Positions 27,845 to 39,357 of a stretch of DNA of 64,000 nucleotides are shown in pieces. The DNA comes from the human T2T-CHM13v2.0 reference genome, Homo sapiens. The DNA lies in the NCBI RefSeq assembly GCF_009914755.1, contig NC_060937.1; one strand, 5' to 3'. The position numbers were made by a program, and so were the translations under genes. How positions within the stretch are numbered: position 1 is the stretch's first letter; the number at the start of each line of letters is the position of its first letter. A model generated the notes under the pieces. The model saw only the letters and a program-made list of their open reading frames with translations. It did not search any database and was not told the origin of the DNA.

Positions 27845-30099
27845 TCAATGGGTGGTGCAAATATTTAGAGTCCTTGGGGTATCACTACTTTTGTATTTTC
27901 ATATAAAATAGGGAAACAAAATATACTACATATGAAATTAAAGCTAGTTAATCCATATAACATTTGACCTAATGACAATTCTCAGATATACAATGAGAAT
28001 GTCAATAAAAAAAAGAATGTCAACTAAACACTGTTAAAAAAATTAGATTTGATTTATACAAAATGCATGATGCAGTACATGTAAGCAAAGCAAGAGAAGT
28101 TCTTTAAGTAAACAGTAAGTAAATTGTAGTCTTTGACATAAATGAAATTCATTTTGACCCTTTACTATCTAATTATATGGTTATGAACAGCTGCTTTTTA
28201 TTAATAGTATTAGAAAATTTTACAAACCACTCAACAAGTCTAACTTTGCTATTTAACTTTCAAAAAATGTATTTTTGAGATAATGGATTTTTAAGTCAAA
28301 GAAATCATACGTGAAATATGGAACAAAAATGTCATTCCAATAAAAAAATAAGAAAAGAATAGGGAAGGAAAAATATTTGTTTTACTTCAAAGGAGACATA
28401 TTCTTCAAAGTCATCTCAGTATATTCTAGCACTTGCCATTCAGGTAAAAGTATAATTCCCATTGGTCAGAGATTTGAACGAATTGAGCAATATTTGATTA
28501 ATTTTGGTTTTGTTTATAATATCCCACATAGCATTGAAAAATTTGAAAAAAGTACACACTTAACATATTTTATAGCTCTAGATATTGGTTTAAATAAGTG
28601 TAAAAATAATGATAAAATATATCACGATCATATAATAACAGTAAAGTGTTCTGTAATTTTTGATTGATTATCTTCAGCTACCTAATTATAATGTTTAAAC
28701 ATAATATGTCAAACTCATGGTTCATTTCTCAATATAAATATTGTTTAAAAAATGATATTGACAATTTAATTGCTACTCTTTCAGCAGAACAAAATCTCTC
28801 CAAATTCAACAAATCAGAAGTTTGTCTAAATTGGCATTTCTGTCACTAGGACACAAAATACATGAAGATCTTGATTAAAATAACATAATTAGTAATTTTA
28901 CTGAAAAGAAGGCAAAATTTTATGAAATAATATGTAATAATGTGAGAATTATGCATGTCTTTACTTGATTACTCACCTAAAAATTATCACCCCAACCCTT
29001 AAGTAAATATCCACACATCCAATCATCTCTGAGGTTTTACCAAATTTCCGTTATGAGAAAAGACATAGCTTTACACACGAGGTCATAATACAGTAATATT
29101 TATCAACTTAGAAAGCTAAAACACATTCTCAAATATTTCGATTTGTAACTGGTGTGATGCAATACTGAAAGCCTAGGAAAGTAATTTGTATGTGGGAACT
29201 GCCTCAAAGTTGAAGGTGGGAAAGTTGGTTCTACTTCCTATGGTGTACCTACTTGTTCACTATAAAACCCTTCGGTTTTCTTAATTATCAAAAATATCTT
29301 GTATATATTCACAGTGCTAATTCAGTAGGTTAGTCCTGTATTGGCTAGTGTGATTTTTCAGACCAAGAAGCGACTGTACTTCCAAATCTCATTTGCGTTT
29401 TTTGACACAGGAAGAGAAAACATCCGAGGGAGTTAAGGTTTTCTCACTTTTTATACAATTACAAAAATTTACCAATTACTATGGGCAGCAATTAGATAGA
29501 AGAAGGGCCCAAGATTCATAATGCCCTAGAAAAGGTAGTAATGTTCAGTAGGATTAAACTTACTAAACTTCTTGACTGCTACATAAGTTACCAAGGATTA
29601 CCTTTGAAGATTTCAATAAGTAATTGAAACAATTAGATAATAGCTTATTGAATTAAAGGATAAGTATCAAAATAGGAATACTATAAATATTAGTTGAATA
29701 TAAGGAACTAGATGCATACCTAAGAGGTTATCAGGGCTTTTCTGAACGAAACCTTTATGACTGCAAAAATTATTTTCTGTAAGTTAAACAAATCTATATA
29801 GTGCAGTGAAGTCAGATGACAGGCACAATTTGTGAGATGGCATTAGATCTATAGCTTGACCTGATTTCTCCAACTGATTATTTATAAAAGTCTTTTCATA
29901 CTTTGGCAGAACCAGAAGCAATGCAACTTGGCCCAAAACAAATAATCTTTGTTTTACCTAAATAATACTACTTATTGGTTAATTATCGCATCAACATTAC
30001 TAATTTATTAGTGCAAGTTATTATAAAATTCCTTGATTATAGTCTTAATGTCTATATAATTTGCAATCATAGCTCCTTATACATTCTTAATATTTATAA

Positions 30100-30906
30100 T
30101 TTGAGTCACTATTTTGTTTAGCCAGCCTTTCTTGTGGTTTATCAATGTTTTCAATGGTTTCAATCTGTTTCTTTCCCTTATCTGTTTTCACTCATTAATT
30201 TTCAATTTTACTTTTATTATTTCCTTCATTTAAGTAGCATAATATTCCATTTATGTTCCTTTCACTAGTTTCTTAAGATGGATGTTCAGGTCATTGGTTT
30301 TCAGTTTTTCTTCTCTCAATATTAGTATGTAGATTTATTAATTGCTTTAACAGCTTTCCAAAAATTTTGTTATTTGTTTTCCTTATTATCTAACTGAAAA
30401 TATTTCTTTTGTCTTGCCATTTCCTACCTAAAGGATTATTTGGAAGTGTGTTAGCTAATTTTCAAGAATATGGAGATTTTCCGAATATAATTTTCAATAT
30501 AATTTCATTCCAAATATGACCTTTTCGTTATGATCAAAGAATCTTATCTATGCGATTTCTTGCAAATTTTTAGTATCTGTTTATAGTATAGCATTTGGCT
30601 TGTTTTTCATTAAGCTTAAAAAGTTTGTATTCGGTTATTGAATGTAGTGGCCATAATGTCAATTATTTTTAATTTTTTTAATAAGGTTCTTTAAATCTTC
30701 TACATCCTTACTGTTTTTTTTTTTTATTATTATTACTTCTATTGAGTACTGAAAGAAAAATGTTTTAAAAAGTATCCATTGTAGTAGTCCCAGCTATTCG
30801 GGAGGCTGAGGCAGGAGAATGGCGTGAACCCCGGGGTTCGGAGCTTGCAGTGAGCCGAGATCGTGCCACCGCACTCCAGCCTGGGCAACAGAGCGAGACT
30901 CCGTCT

Positions 30907-30943
<37 letters not shown>

Positions 30944-33360
30944 CATTGTAATTGTAGTTTAACTTATTTCTGTTTAAGTTCTATCAGTTTTTGTTTCATG
31001 TATTTTGAACATCTGGTAATAGTCGTGTACACATTTAGGATTGTTGCATCTCTGATAAGTTGATGTTTTCACTTTTATAACATGTCCTTCTTTACTTAGT
31101 ATTCTTTGCCTCAAACTTTGATAAAATATAACTTGATTAGCTACCATGTGGTTAGGTTTTGCATGCTATATCTTGGTCCCAACGTTTTACTTTTAATCTG
31201 AGTTTTTATAATTAAAATACTTTGGGGGATCTCCCTAATTATCATTTTGATGTTTGTTTTTAATTTAATTTTTTTTACTATATTCTGAATGACTTGCCTC
31301 TTTTAGATGTATCCAGATTTGTTTTAAGGCCCAGTACATAGTAAACCATATGAATTCAAAATAATTATTCTGAAATGATTGAATATATAGTTTCATATAT
31401 ATTTATTAGGTCAATGTGGTAGACAGTGTTCAATCATCTATGTGTTTGGTGACTTTTTCTAGTTGTTCTGTCATTTGATAAAAGAGAGGTTCATCATCTC
31501 TAACAATGATTGTAGTATTGTCATTTCATCCTTTAGTTCTGTCGATTTTTTTCAGGTAACCACTCACATCAACATATATAATTTCTATCTTTTCCTGATG
31601 AATTATTTATCATCATAAAATTTCATAGTTCCCTGCTAACAATCTTTTTCTTAGTATATATGTTGACTGATATTAACACCCATCCTAGACTTCTTATGCT
31701 TACCCTAAACATAGTATGTCTTTTTAAAAATTTACTGTCAAATTATTGGTTGCTTTTTAGTTAATGTATGTATCCTGTAGAGAGTACATATTTAGGAATT
31801 GATTTTGTTTTGTCCATTCTTTCGGTCTTTGCCTTTAATTGGATTGTTTCTCCATAATTATTTAAAGTAATGGTCAAATAAAAGTACACCATTATATATT
31901 TTCTGTGTGTCTCTTTTAGTTTTCTTGTTTAAGTTTTCCTAATATATTTTGGATTATAAAATTTGTCAAAGATACTTTTAATTTTCATATTGTGTTTTTA
32001 ATTATACATTTTGTATTATTTGGCATTTGACTCTAAGGATTAAGATACACATGCATTAACTTTTTCAGTTACTTGGAAGTTAGACTGTACTAATTCCCAC
32101 AAATACAAAAAAACATGAAAACATTCAGTTTATATGTTCCCCTTGTCATCTTCTATGCTATTATTGCCCTGTGTACTTAGATTATAAACTGCACAAGTAA
32201 ATGTTACAATATTTTTCCTTAAAACTCTCATAAGTATTTTAAAGAAATTCAGATGAAATAGTTATTTGCATTTACCTACATATTTACCATTTTTGATGTT
32301 CTTTGTTCTCTCTTAAAAATCTGGATTTTCAGTAGGGATAAAGGTCCTCAGGATAAAGAATATACTTTAGCATTACTTATAGCATCAGTCTGCTGGCAAT
32401 GAATTACATTAGTTTTCTTCTATCTGAAACTTTTTTATACTGGATATAAAAATCTAGGTTGGCATTTTAGTTTCTTTTAGCATTTTTTTCCCTCTACTCT
32501 TTACTCTCTTCTAGCCTTCATATAGATTTAGATGAGAAATGTATTGTATTTTAATTATATGTGTATGTATATTTAAATTCTGAACATTTATGTGTCTAGC
32601 TATATGTTTATATAAGTAATGTGTAATTTTTTATTCTTTTTACTTTCAAAAATGCCTTTGTATGTTTAATTTTTCAGTCATTTAACTCTGATCTGCTCAG
32701 GCATGATTTCATTCACATTTATCCTGCTTTGTCTTTCTATTGATTTTAAAAAATACCGTTCTGTTGTCTTCTGACTTGTATTGTTTCTGAGGAGAATTCA
32801 GCCATCATTATTATTGTCATTCCTTAGAATTTGTCTCTTTCACCTCTGCCTGCTTTAAGAATTTCTCTTTAACTTGAGTTTTGAGAAAGTTGACTGAGGT
32901 ATGTCTGTATGCGGTTTTTCTCTGTATTCATCCATCATGGTTTTGTTCTTGATGCTGCTGCCCTTTCTATTGGTGCTGCTGTTGCTGTTTTAACTTCTGG
33001 AATTATTAGTTGATGTTTTAAATCAAATTTAAAAAAAAATTACCATTTTTTTCTCAAATACTTTTTCCACCCTTTTCTCCTTGGAGACACCAGTTATCTT
33101 AACAATTTATTACAGTACATTGATGCATCTCTTTCTGCCTCAGTTTGGATAACTTCTATTGAGCTACCTTCAAATTCTATAACCTTTTCCTTAGGTCCAA
33201 AATGCTATTAATTCTCTTGAATGAATTTATGATTTCAGAAATAGTATTTTGTTCAATTTTTATCATTAGGGTTTCAATTTATTTTTTGAATAGACTATAT
33301 CTTCACATTTTAAGTGTGTAAATATTTAATACAGTATAGCGGTTTTGAAATCCTTTTCTT
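30100..33360 (-). mobile_element. Composite of old L1M ORF2/ORF1 fragments (at least two copies)
   Basis: T-rich L1 reverse complement: ttctatcagtttttgtttcatgtattttgaa, tgatattaacacc, gtctgctggcaatgaatt, tgtttctgaggagaattcagcc; the same consensus intervals appear twice. Confidence 0.75.
30784..30938 (+). mobile_element. 5'-truncated AluY (right arm)
   Basis: gagaatggcgtgaaccc and gagcttgcagtgagccgagatcg (Y diagnostics), A31 tail; TSD aaaaagtatccattgta / aaaaagtttccattgta. Confidence 0.95.
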
Positions 33361-33361
33361 C

Positions 33362-33783
33362 TGTTAAGGAGTGATTGCTTTTGTCCTCCAAAATTCATAT
33401 ATTGAAGCTCTAACCCCCAGTGTAGTTATATTTGGAGATGGGTTACTAAGCAAGTAATTAAGGTTAAATGAGGTCATACAGATGGTGATCCAATAGGATT
33501 AATCTATTAATCCAAAGGATTGATGTTTTTAGATGAAGAGATACCTGAGAGCTCACCGTCTGTCCCTCTTTTTCTATCCACACAGACTAAGGAAGGACTA
33601 TACATGGAAAGAGCAATAAGAAAACTTTCTGCAAGCCCAGGTAAGAACTCCCATCTGAAACCAAAAGAGCAAAAGCCTTGACTTTGGGTTTCTAGCCCCC
33701 AGAACTGTTAGAAAATAAATTTCTTTTGTTTAAGCCACTGAGTCTATGGTGTTTTGTTATGTCAGCCTGAGAAAACTAGTACA
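33362..33783 (+). mobile_element. MLT1A/B MaLR solo LTR
   Basis: tg...ca termini; ccaaaattcatatattgaagctctaacccccagtgt, taattaaggttaaatgaggtcata, aataaatttcttttgtttaagccac. Confidence 0.9.
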
Positions 33784-34486
33784 CCTGCTATCTCAATAAC
33801 TAGTTTATCTATGTACCTCTTTTTATTGATTGCAATTTTTCTTTTTAATGTGTCACCTTTTTCTACTTCCTTCACATCACATAATTTATTAGTGTATTCA
33901 GAAAATTAAGGAGAATGCTTTGTCTTGTTTTTTAAATTTTTTTATTTTACTTTTCTGCACAGAACCTGAGCCTTTCTCTCAGTCTGGTGATTAGGGGATG
34001 AAAAACTGATCATTCAGATTCTTCAGGTCTTAAGTTCAAGTGTGTTATACTTGAGCTATGGTTTTAATTCTACTGAGCCCAGTTGTGATTACTCCAACCT
34101 CCATCTACTTTATTGCTGCTACTTCTGCTGCTGCTGCCACCTTTTTGATCATGTCAGCATTTGACCTGGGCTTTAGATTCAGCTGTTTTAGTTTACTGGT
34201 TCCCATTTATATGCAATTTCTCTAGGGACACACATTCCAAACATTGCCACAATGTATATGACTATATGAGTCCTCTCTGCTTTTCAGCTGGTTTCTTGAC
34301 AAAATAGGGGCATGATGTGTAAAGGATAGTTGTGAAGCAAACAATTTGTTTTGCATTTGGACATTTTTCTATTAATTCCATCTTGCCAACTTATATAATC
34401 ATTAAGGTTTGACTAGCTTCTGCTCCTTCCTAGAAAGTCACCATCTATGACAAGGGCAGCCTTTCTAGGCTCATACCTATATTATG

Positions 34487-35532
34487 CAAAGAAATTTCAA
34501 AAAGTCTGTGGAAAAATTGAATTTAAAGATAAAAATAAAAAAATATAAACTTTATTTCTCACCATAAGCTCCATGAAAGTCAAGACACTTTTGTAAATGA
34601 TAACAACAACCATTTAGTCCATCCTTAAGGAACTGAGGGTCCTGGGAATTTGGTCAGGTCAATGTTATTTAATTTTTTTACAATATTAACTGAAGAAAAA
34701 TTGGTACCTTTAAATGTTTTTTAAGGTTAGAAAACAAAACGAAGTCAGAAAAAGTCCAATCATGACTATAATATGAATGCCTCATAACTCCCCTTCAAAA
34801 CTTGCAAAATTGCTTTTGTTTGATGAGAGGAATGAGCAGGAATATTGTCATCATGAAGAAAGACTCTCTGATGAAGCTTTCCCAGGCATTTTTCTGCTAA
34901 AGCTTTCATTAACTTTCTCAGAACAGTCTCATAATAAGCAGTTGTTATCTTTATTTGTTCCTCCAGAAAGTCAACAAGCAAAATCCCTTAAGTTTCCTAC
35001 ATAATGCTGCTATGACCTTTGCTCTTGACTGGTCTGCTTTTGTTTTGACTGGACCACTACCATCTCTTCATAGCCATTGCTTTGCTTGTGGCTTTGTCAT
35101 CAGGATCATATTGGTAAAGTCACATTTCATCTGACATTACAAATCTTAGAAGAAATGCTTCAAGATCTTGATCCTACATGTTCAAATTTTCCATGGAAAG
35201 TTTTGCTCTTGTCTGCAGCTGTTGTGGGCACAACAGTTTTAGCATCCATCAAATGGAAAGTTTACTCAATTTTAATTTTTCACTCTCAATTGTGTAATCT
35301 GGACCAGTTGAGATGTGTGTGGTGTTGGCTATTTTTGCTGTTTATAATCAGTCTTCTTCGATTAGGGCACAAATAAAATTAATTTTTTTCTCACAAATTG
35401 ATGTAAATGATCTGCTGCTGTCAGGTTCATCTTCAACACAGTCTTATATATCTGGGATTATCTTTAAAAAGAGTTATCAATTTTTAAACTGTTGATTTCT
35501 TTGAGGCATTGGCCCCAGAAACATTTGTAAAA
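34487..35532 (-). mobile_element. HSMAR2 mariner DNA transposon, left segment
   Basis: Degenerate TIR ttcaaaaagtctgtggaaaa; transposase homology on the minus strand. Confidence 0.9.
34766..34981 (-). pseudogene. Decayed HSMAR2 transposase catalytic-domain fragment
   Basis: LVDFLEEQIKITTAYYETVLRKLMKALAEKCLGKLHQRVFLHDDNIPAHSS contains the mariner LHHDNAPAH-like motif (second catalytic Asp); frame broken by stops and frameshifts. Confidence 0.85.
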
Positions 35533-38389
35533 TAATATAGTTTGGCTGTGTCCCCACCCAAATCTCATCTTGAATTCACACATTTTTGTGGGAGGGACCT
35601 GGTAGGAGGTGATTATATCATGGAGCACAGGTCTTTCCCATGATGTTCTCATGGTAGTGAATAGGTCTCACAGGATCTGATGGTTTTAAAAAGGGGAGTT
35701 TCCCTGCACAAGCTCTCTTCTCTTGTCTGCCACCATGTGAGACATGCCTTTTACCTTCCGCCATGATTGTGAGGCCTCCCCAGCCCCATGAAACTGTAAG
35801 TCCAATAAACCTCTTCCTTATGTAAATTGTCCAGTCTTGGCTATGTCTTTATCAGCAACATGAAAGTTGACTAATACAGTAAATTGTTACCAGTAGAGCG
35901 GGGCACTATTGAAAAGATACCTAAAAACGTGGAAGTGACTTTGGAACTGGGAAACAGGCAGAGGTTAGAACAGTTTGGAGGGCTCAGAAGAAGAGAGAAA
36001 GATGTGAAAAAGTTTGGAACTCTTGAGAGACTTGTTGAATGGCTTCGACCAAAATGCTGATAATGATATGGACAATGAAATCCAGGCTGAGGTGGTCTCA
36101 GATGGAGATGAGGAACATATTGGGAACTGGCGCAAAGGTGACTCTTGTTATGTTTAAGCAAAGAGACTGGTGGCATTTTGCCCCTACCCTAGAGATTTGT
36201 GGAACTTTGAACTTCAGAGAGATGATTTAGTGTAAATGGTGGAAGAAATTTCTAAGCAGCAAAGTGTTCAAGCGGTGACTGTTAAGGGCATTCAGTTTTA
36301 AAAGGGAAACAGCATAAAAGTTCTGAAAATTTGCAGCCTGACAATGCAATAGAAATGAAAATCCCATTTTCTGAGGAGAAATTCAAGCTGGCTGCAGAAA
36401 TTTGCATATGTAACAAGGAGCCAAAAGTTAATCCCCATGACAATGGGGAAAATGTCTCCAGGACATATCAGAGGTCTTCATGGCAGCCACTCCCCTCACA
36501 GGCCTGGAAGCCTAACAGGCAATGATGGTTTCATGCGTAGGCCCAGGACCCCCTGCTCTGTGCAGCCTAGAGACTTTGTACCCTGTGTTTCAGCTGCCCC
36601 AGCTGTTGTACCCAAGCGAGTCGGAGAGAAACGCCACACTTTGGGACAATTTCAGAAGTCCTTTATTTGCCCATGACTGAGAGACAGCTAGTGCTCAAAA
36701 TTCTCTTGGCTCCAAAGAGGGGGCTAGATTTTCTTTTATACTTTGGTTTAGAGAGGGGAGGGGGATTCTAGCTGCAGCAACTTTACAGAAGAGAAACAGA
36801 CAAAAAAAGTTAAAAAGACAAATGGTTACAGGAAAAACAAACAGTTCCAGGTACAGGGGCTTTAAATTCATCATAAAGTGACAGGGTGATAGGTGAGGGG
36901 GCTCTGGGCATTATCTACCAGATAAATGTGGAGGCTTTATGGTACCATCTTTGAGTAAATTGTTGGGAACTGTGGACACCAGCTTGCTCAGTGCCTTATC
37001 AGTTAACTGGACTCTGATATGCTGAGAGCCAGCTTATACAAGTTAACTCCTTAAAGAAGGGGGTGGTTAAGGAGTCCTTGATGTCTTGCAAATGAAGGAG
37101 CCAAATGGAGTCCTTCTGGTGTTCTCAGCTAAGGGAGAGTCTATTCATATTAAAACAAAGTTAGGTAGCTAAGGGAGAGTCTAACAAGGAAAGGTATTAC
37201 ACAGCCATGGCTAAAAGAGACCAAGGTACAGCTCCAGCTGTTGCTTCAGAGGGTGGAAGCCCCAAGCCTTGGCAGCTTTAACATGGTGTTGAGCCTGTGG
37301 GTGCACAGAAGTCAAGAATTGAGGTTTGGGAACTTCTGCCTATATTTCATATAATGTATGGAAACACCTGGATACACAGGCAGAAGTTTGCTGCAGGGGA
37401 GGGGCCCTCATGGAGAACTTCTGGTAGGGCAGTGCAGAAGGGAAATGTGGGATCAGAGCCCCCACACAGAGTCCCTACTGGGGCACCACTTAGTGAAGTT
37501 GCATGAAGGGGGATACCATCCTCCAGACCCCAGAATGGTAGATCCACCAACAGCTTGCACCATGCACCTGGAAAAGCCACAGACACTCAATGCCAGCCCT
37601 GAAAGTAGACAAGAGTGGGGCTATATCCTGCAAAGCCACAGGGGCAGAACTGCCCAAGGCCATCGGACTCCACCTCTTACATCAATGTGACCTGGATGTG
37701 AAACACGGAGTCAAAGGAGGTCATTTTGGAGCTTTAAGATTTGACTGCTCTGCTGGATTTCAGATTTGCATGGGGCCTGTAGCCCCTTTGTTTGGGCCAA
37801 TTTCTTTCATTTGGAATGCTTGTATTTACCCAATTCCTGTACCTTCATTTTATCTAGTAAGTAAGTAATCTGCTTTTGATTTTATAGGCTCATAGGTGAA
37901 AGGGACTTGCCTTTTCTCAGATGAGATTTTGGACTGTGGACTTTTGAGTTAATGCTGAAGTGAGTTAGGATTCTTGGGGACTACTGGGAAGGCATGATTG
38001 GTTTTGAAATTTGAGGACATGAGATTTCGGAGGGGCCAGTGGCAGAATGATGTGGTTTGGCTGTGTCTTCACCCAAATCTCATCTTAAATTCCCAGTTTT
38101 TGTGGAAGGGACCTGGTAGGAGGTAATTGAATCATAGGGGCAGGTCTTTCCCATGCTCTTCTTGTGATAGTGAATAAGTCTCATGAGATCTGATGGTTTA
38201 AAAATTGGAGCTTCCCTGAATGATCTCTCTTCTCTTGTCTGTGCCACGTGAGACACACCTTTCACCTTCCACCATGATTGTGAGGCCTCCTCAGCCACGT
38301 GGAACTATAAGTCCAAAAAGCCTCTTTCTTTTATCAATTGCCCAGTCTTGGGTATGTCTTTATCAGCAGCACGAAAATGGACTAATACA
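35533..38389 (+). mobile_element. Full-length THE1B MaLR provirus (LTR 35533-35878, internal region, LTR 38048-38389)
   Basis: Two direct LTRs (tttggctgtgtc...gactaataca), THE1 internal sequence, exact 5-bp TSD taaaa at 35528-35532 and 38390-38394. Confidence 0.95.
36604..37201 (-). mobile_element. LTR6B-like (HERV-S71/HERV-T) solo LTR
   Basis: Reverse complement starts tgtaatacc and ends gggtacaaca; gactctcccttagct motifs; TATA at 36733-36740, AATAAA at 36662-36667; exact 4-bp TSD cagc. Confidence 0.85.
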
Positions 38390-38650
38390 TAAAATATAAA
38401 TTATTCATCCATTCCTCTACCTGAGCATTTCCATAAATTTGATGTTTGTTCTTGCTTCAATTTTAGCAGAATTCATGTTGTTCTCATAGGGACTCTTTTT
38501 AAAGCTGATGTTTTAGTCTTATCAGTGTCACAAACTCAGTCTTGTTGAGGCATGTTATAACAAGTTAGTACAAGTTTATTTAGTGCAAAAACCTTTGAAA
38601 TTCATGCATAGCCTTTTTTTATAATATGTATTTTCCATGAAGTCCCATTG
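38390..38650 (-). mobile_element. HSMAR2, right segment with TIR
   Basis: ttgaaattcatgcatag...ataatatgtattttccatgaagtcccattg followed by TA; with the left segment totals ~1.3 kb. Confidence 0.88.
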
Positions 38651-39064
38651 TACATCTATACCCAGATATGGAAGCTGCCATGTCTATATGCTCATCTATG
38701 AAATGTCCTTTCTCTCTGGATTATAATAAAAAACATCTTTATGGCAGCCATCCTTTTCTGCTAGCCTCAGGGAAAAGTATGATTTTAATTAATTCCATGT
38801 TTATCTTATTTTTTCATAGAAGAGAAGGACTTAACTTCAATATCTTTCTCAATTTTAGTAGGAAAAAAGAATTTCCTCAATAGCTTTTTCACTTACATTT
38901 TTTCCTCAAGGCTTGCCACTCAAACTGTTTTGTGCCAAAGTTATATCTTAAAATACAAATTTTATTACCTTCATTAATTCTCTGCTCTTTGATATTTGCT
39001 ATGAAATTCTCAGAAAAGATCTTCAAGGAGGAGATTCTCAATCATAGGACCAATGCTATACACA

Positions 39065-39230
39065 GATCAGACAAGGAGAAGACTGGCAAAAGTTAGAATA
39101 ATCTGTCCACAGGCCATGTTTGTTGACCTCCAAAAAAAAAAAAGTTGAAAGGTGAGGATGGATATTAGGTTGCAGAGGGTTTAAGAATTAGTGGAAGGTA
39201 ACATCTTTATAAAGAGTGTTTGCAATGGCT
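39065..39230 (-). mobile_element. L2 fragment
   Basis: gatcagacaaggagaagactg...ttgttgacct...aggttgcagagggtttaagaattagtgg. Confidence 0.45.
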
Positions 39231-39357
39231 TATATTAGACAAATCAATCATAAAATCTACCCCTTCTGTGGGAAACAGCTTTGCTCTTAGCTCTCATGAG
39301 TCACACAGCTTTTAGAAATCCTTGTTATATGAATAATCAGACTTAAGGTTAGCCTAT

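Noticed and set aside
37127-37183. 17-bp direct repeat agctaagggagagtcta in the inner LTR
   Set aside because: A duplicated gactctccctt motif appears to be native to LTR6-type U3 regions, so not locus-specific.
35871-37868. Cluster of 60-110 aa ORFs in THE1 and MSTA internal regions
   Set aside because: Fragments of decayed MaLR internal sequence, broken by stops and by a nested LTR; no intact retroviral gene.
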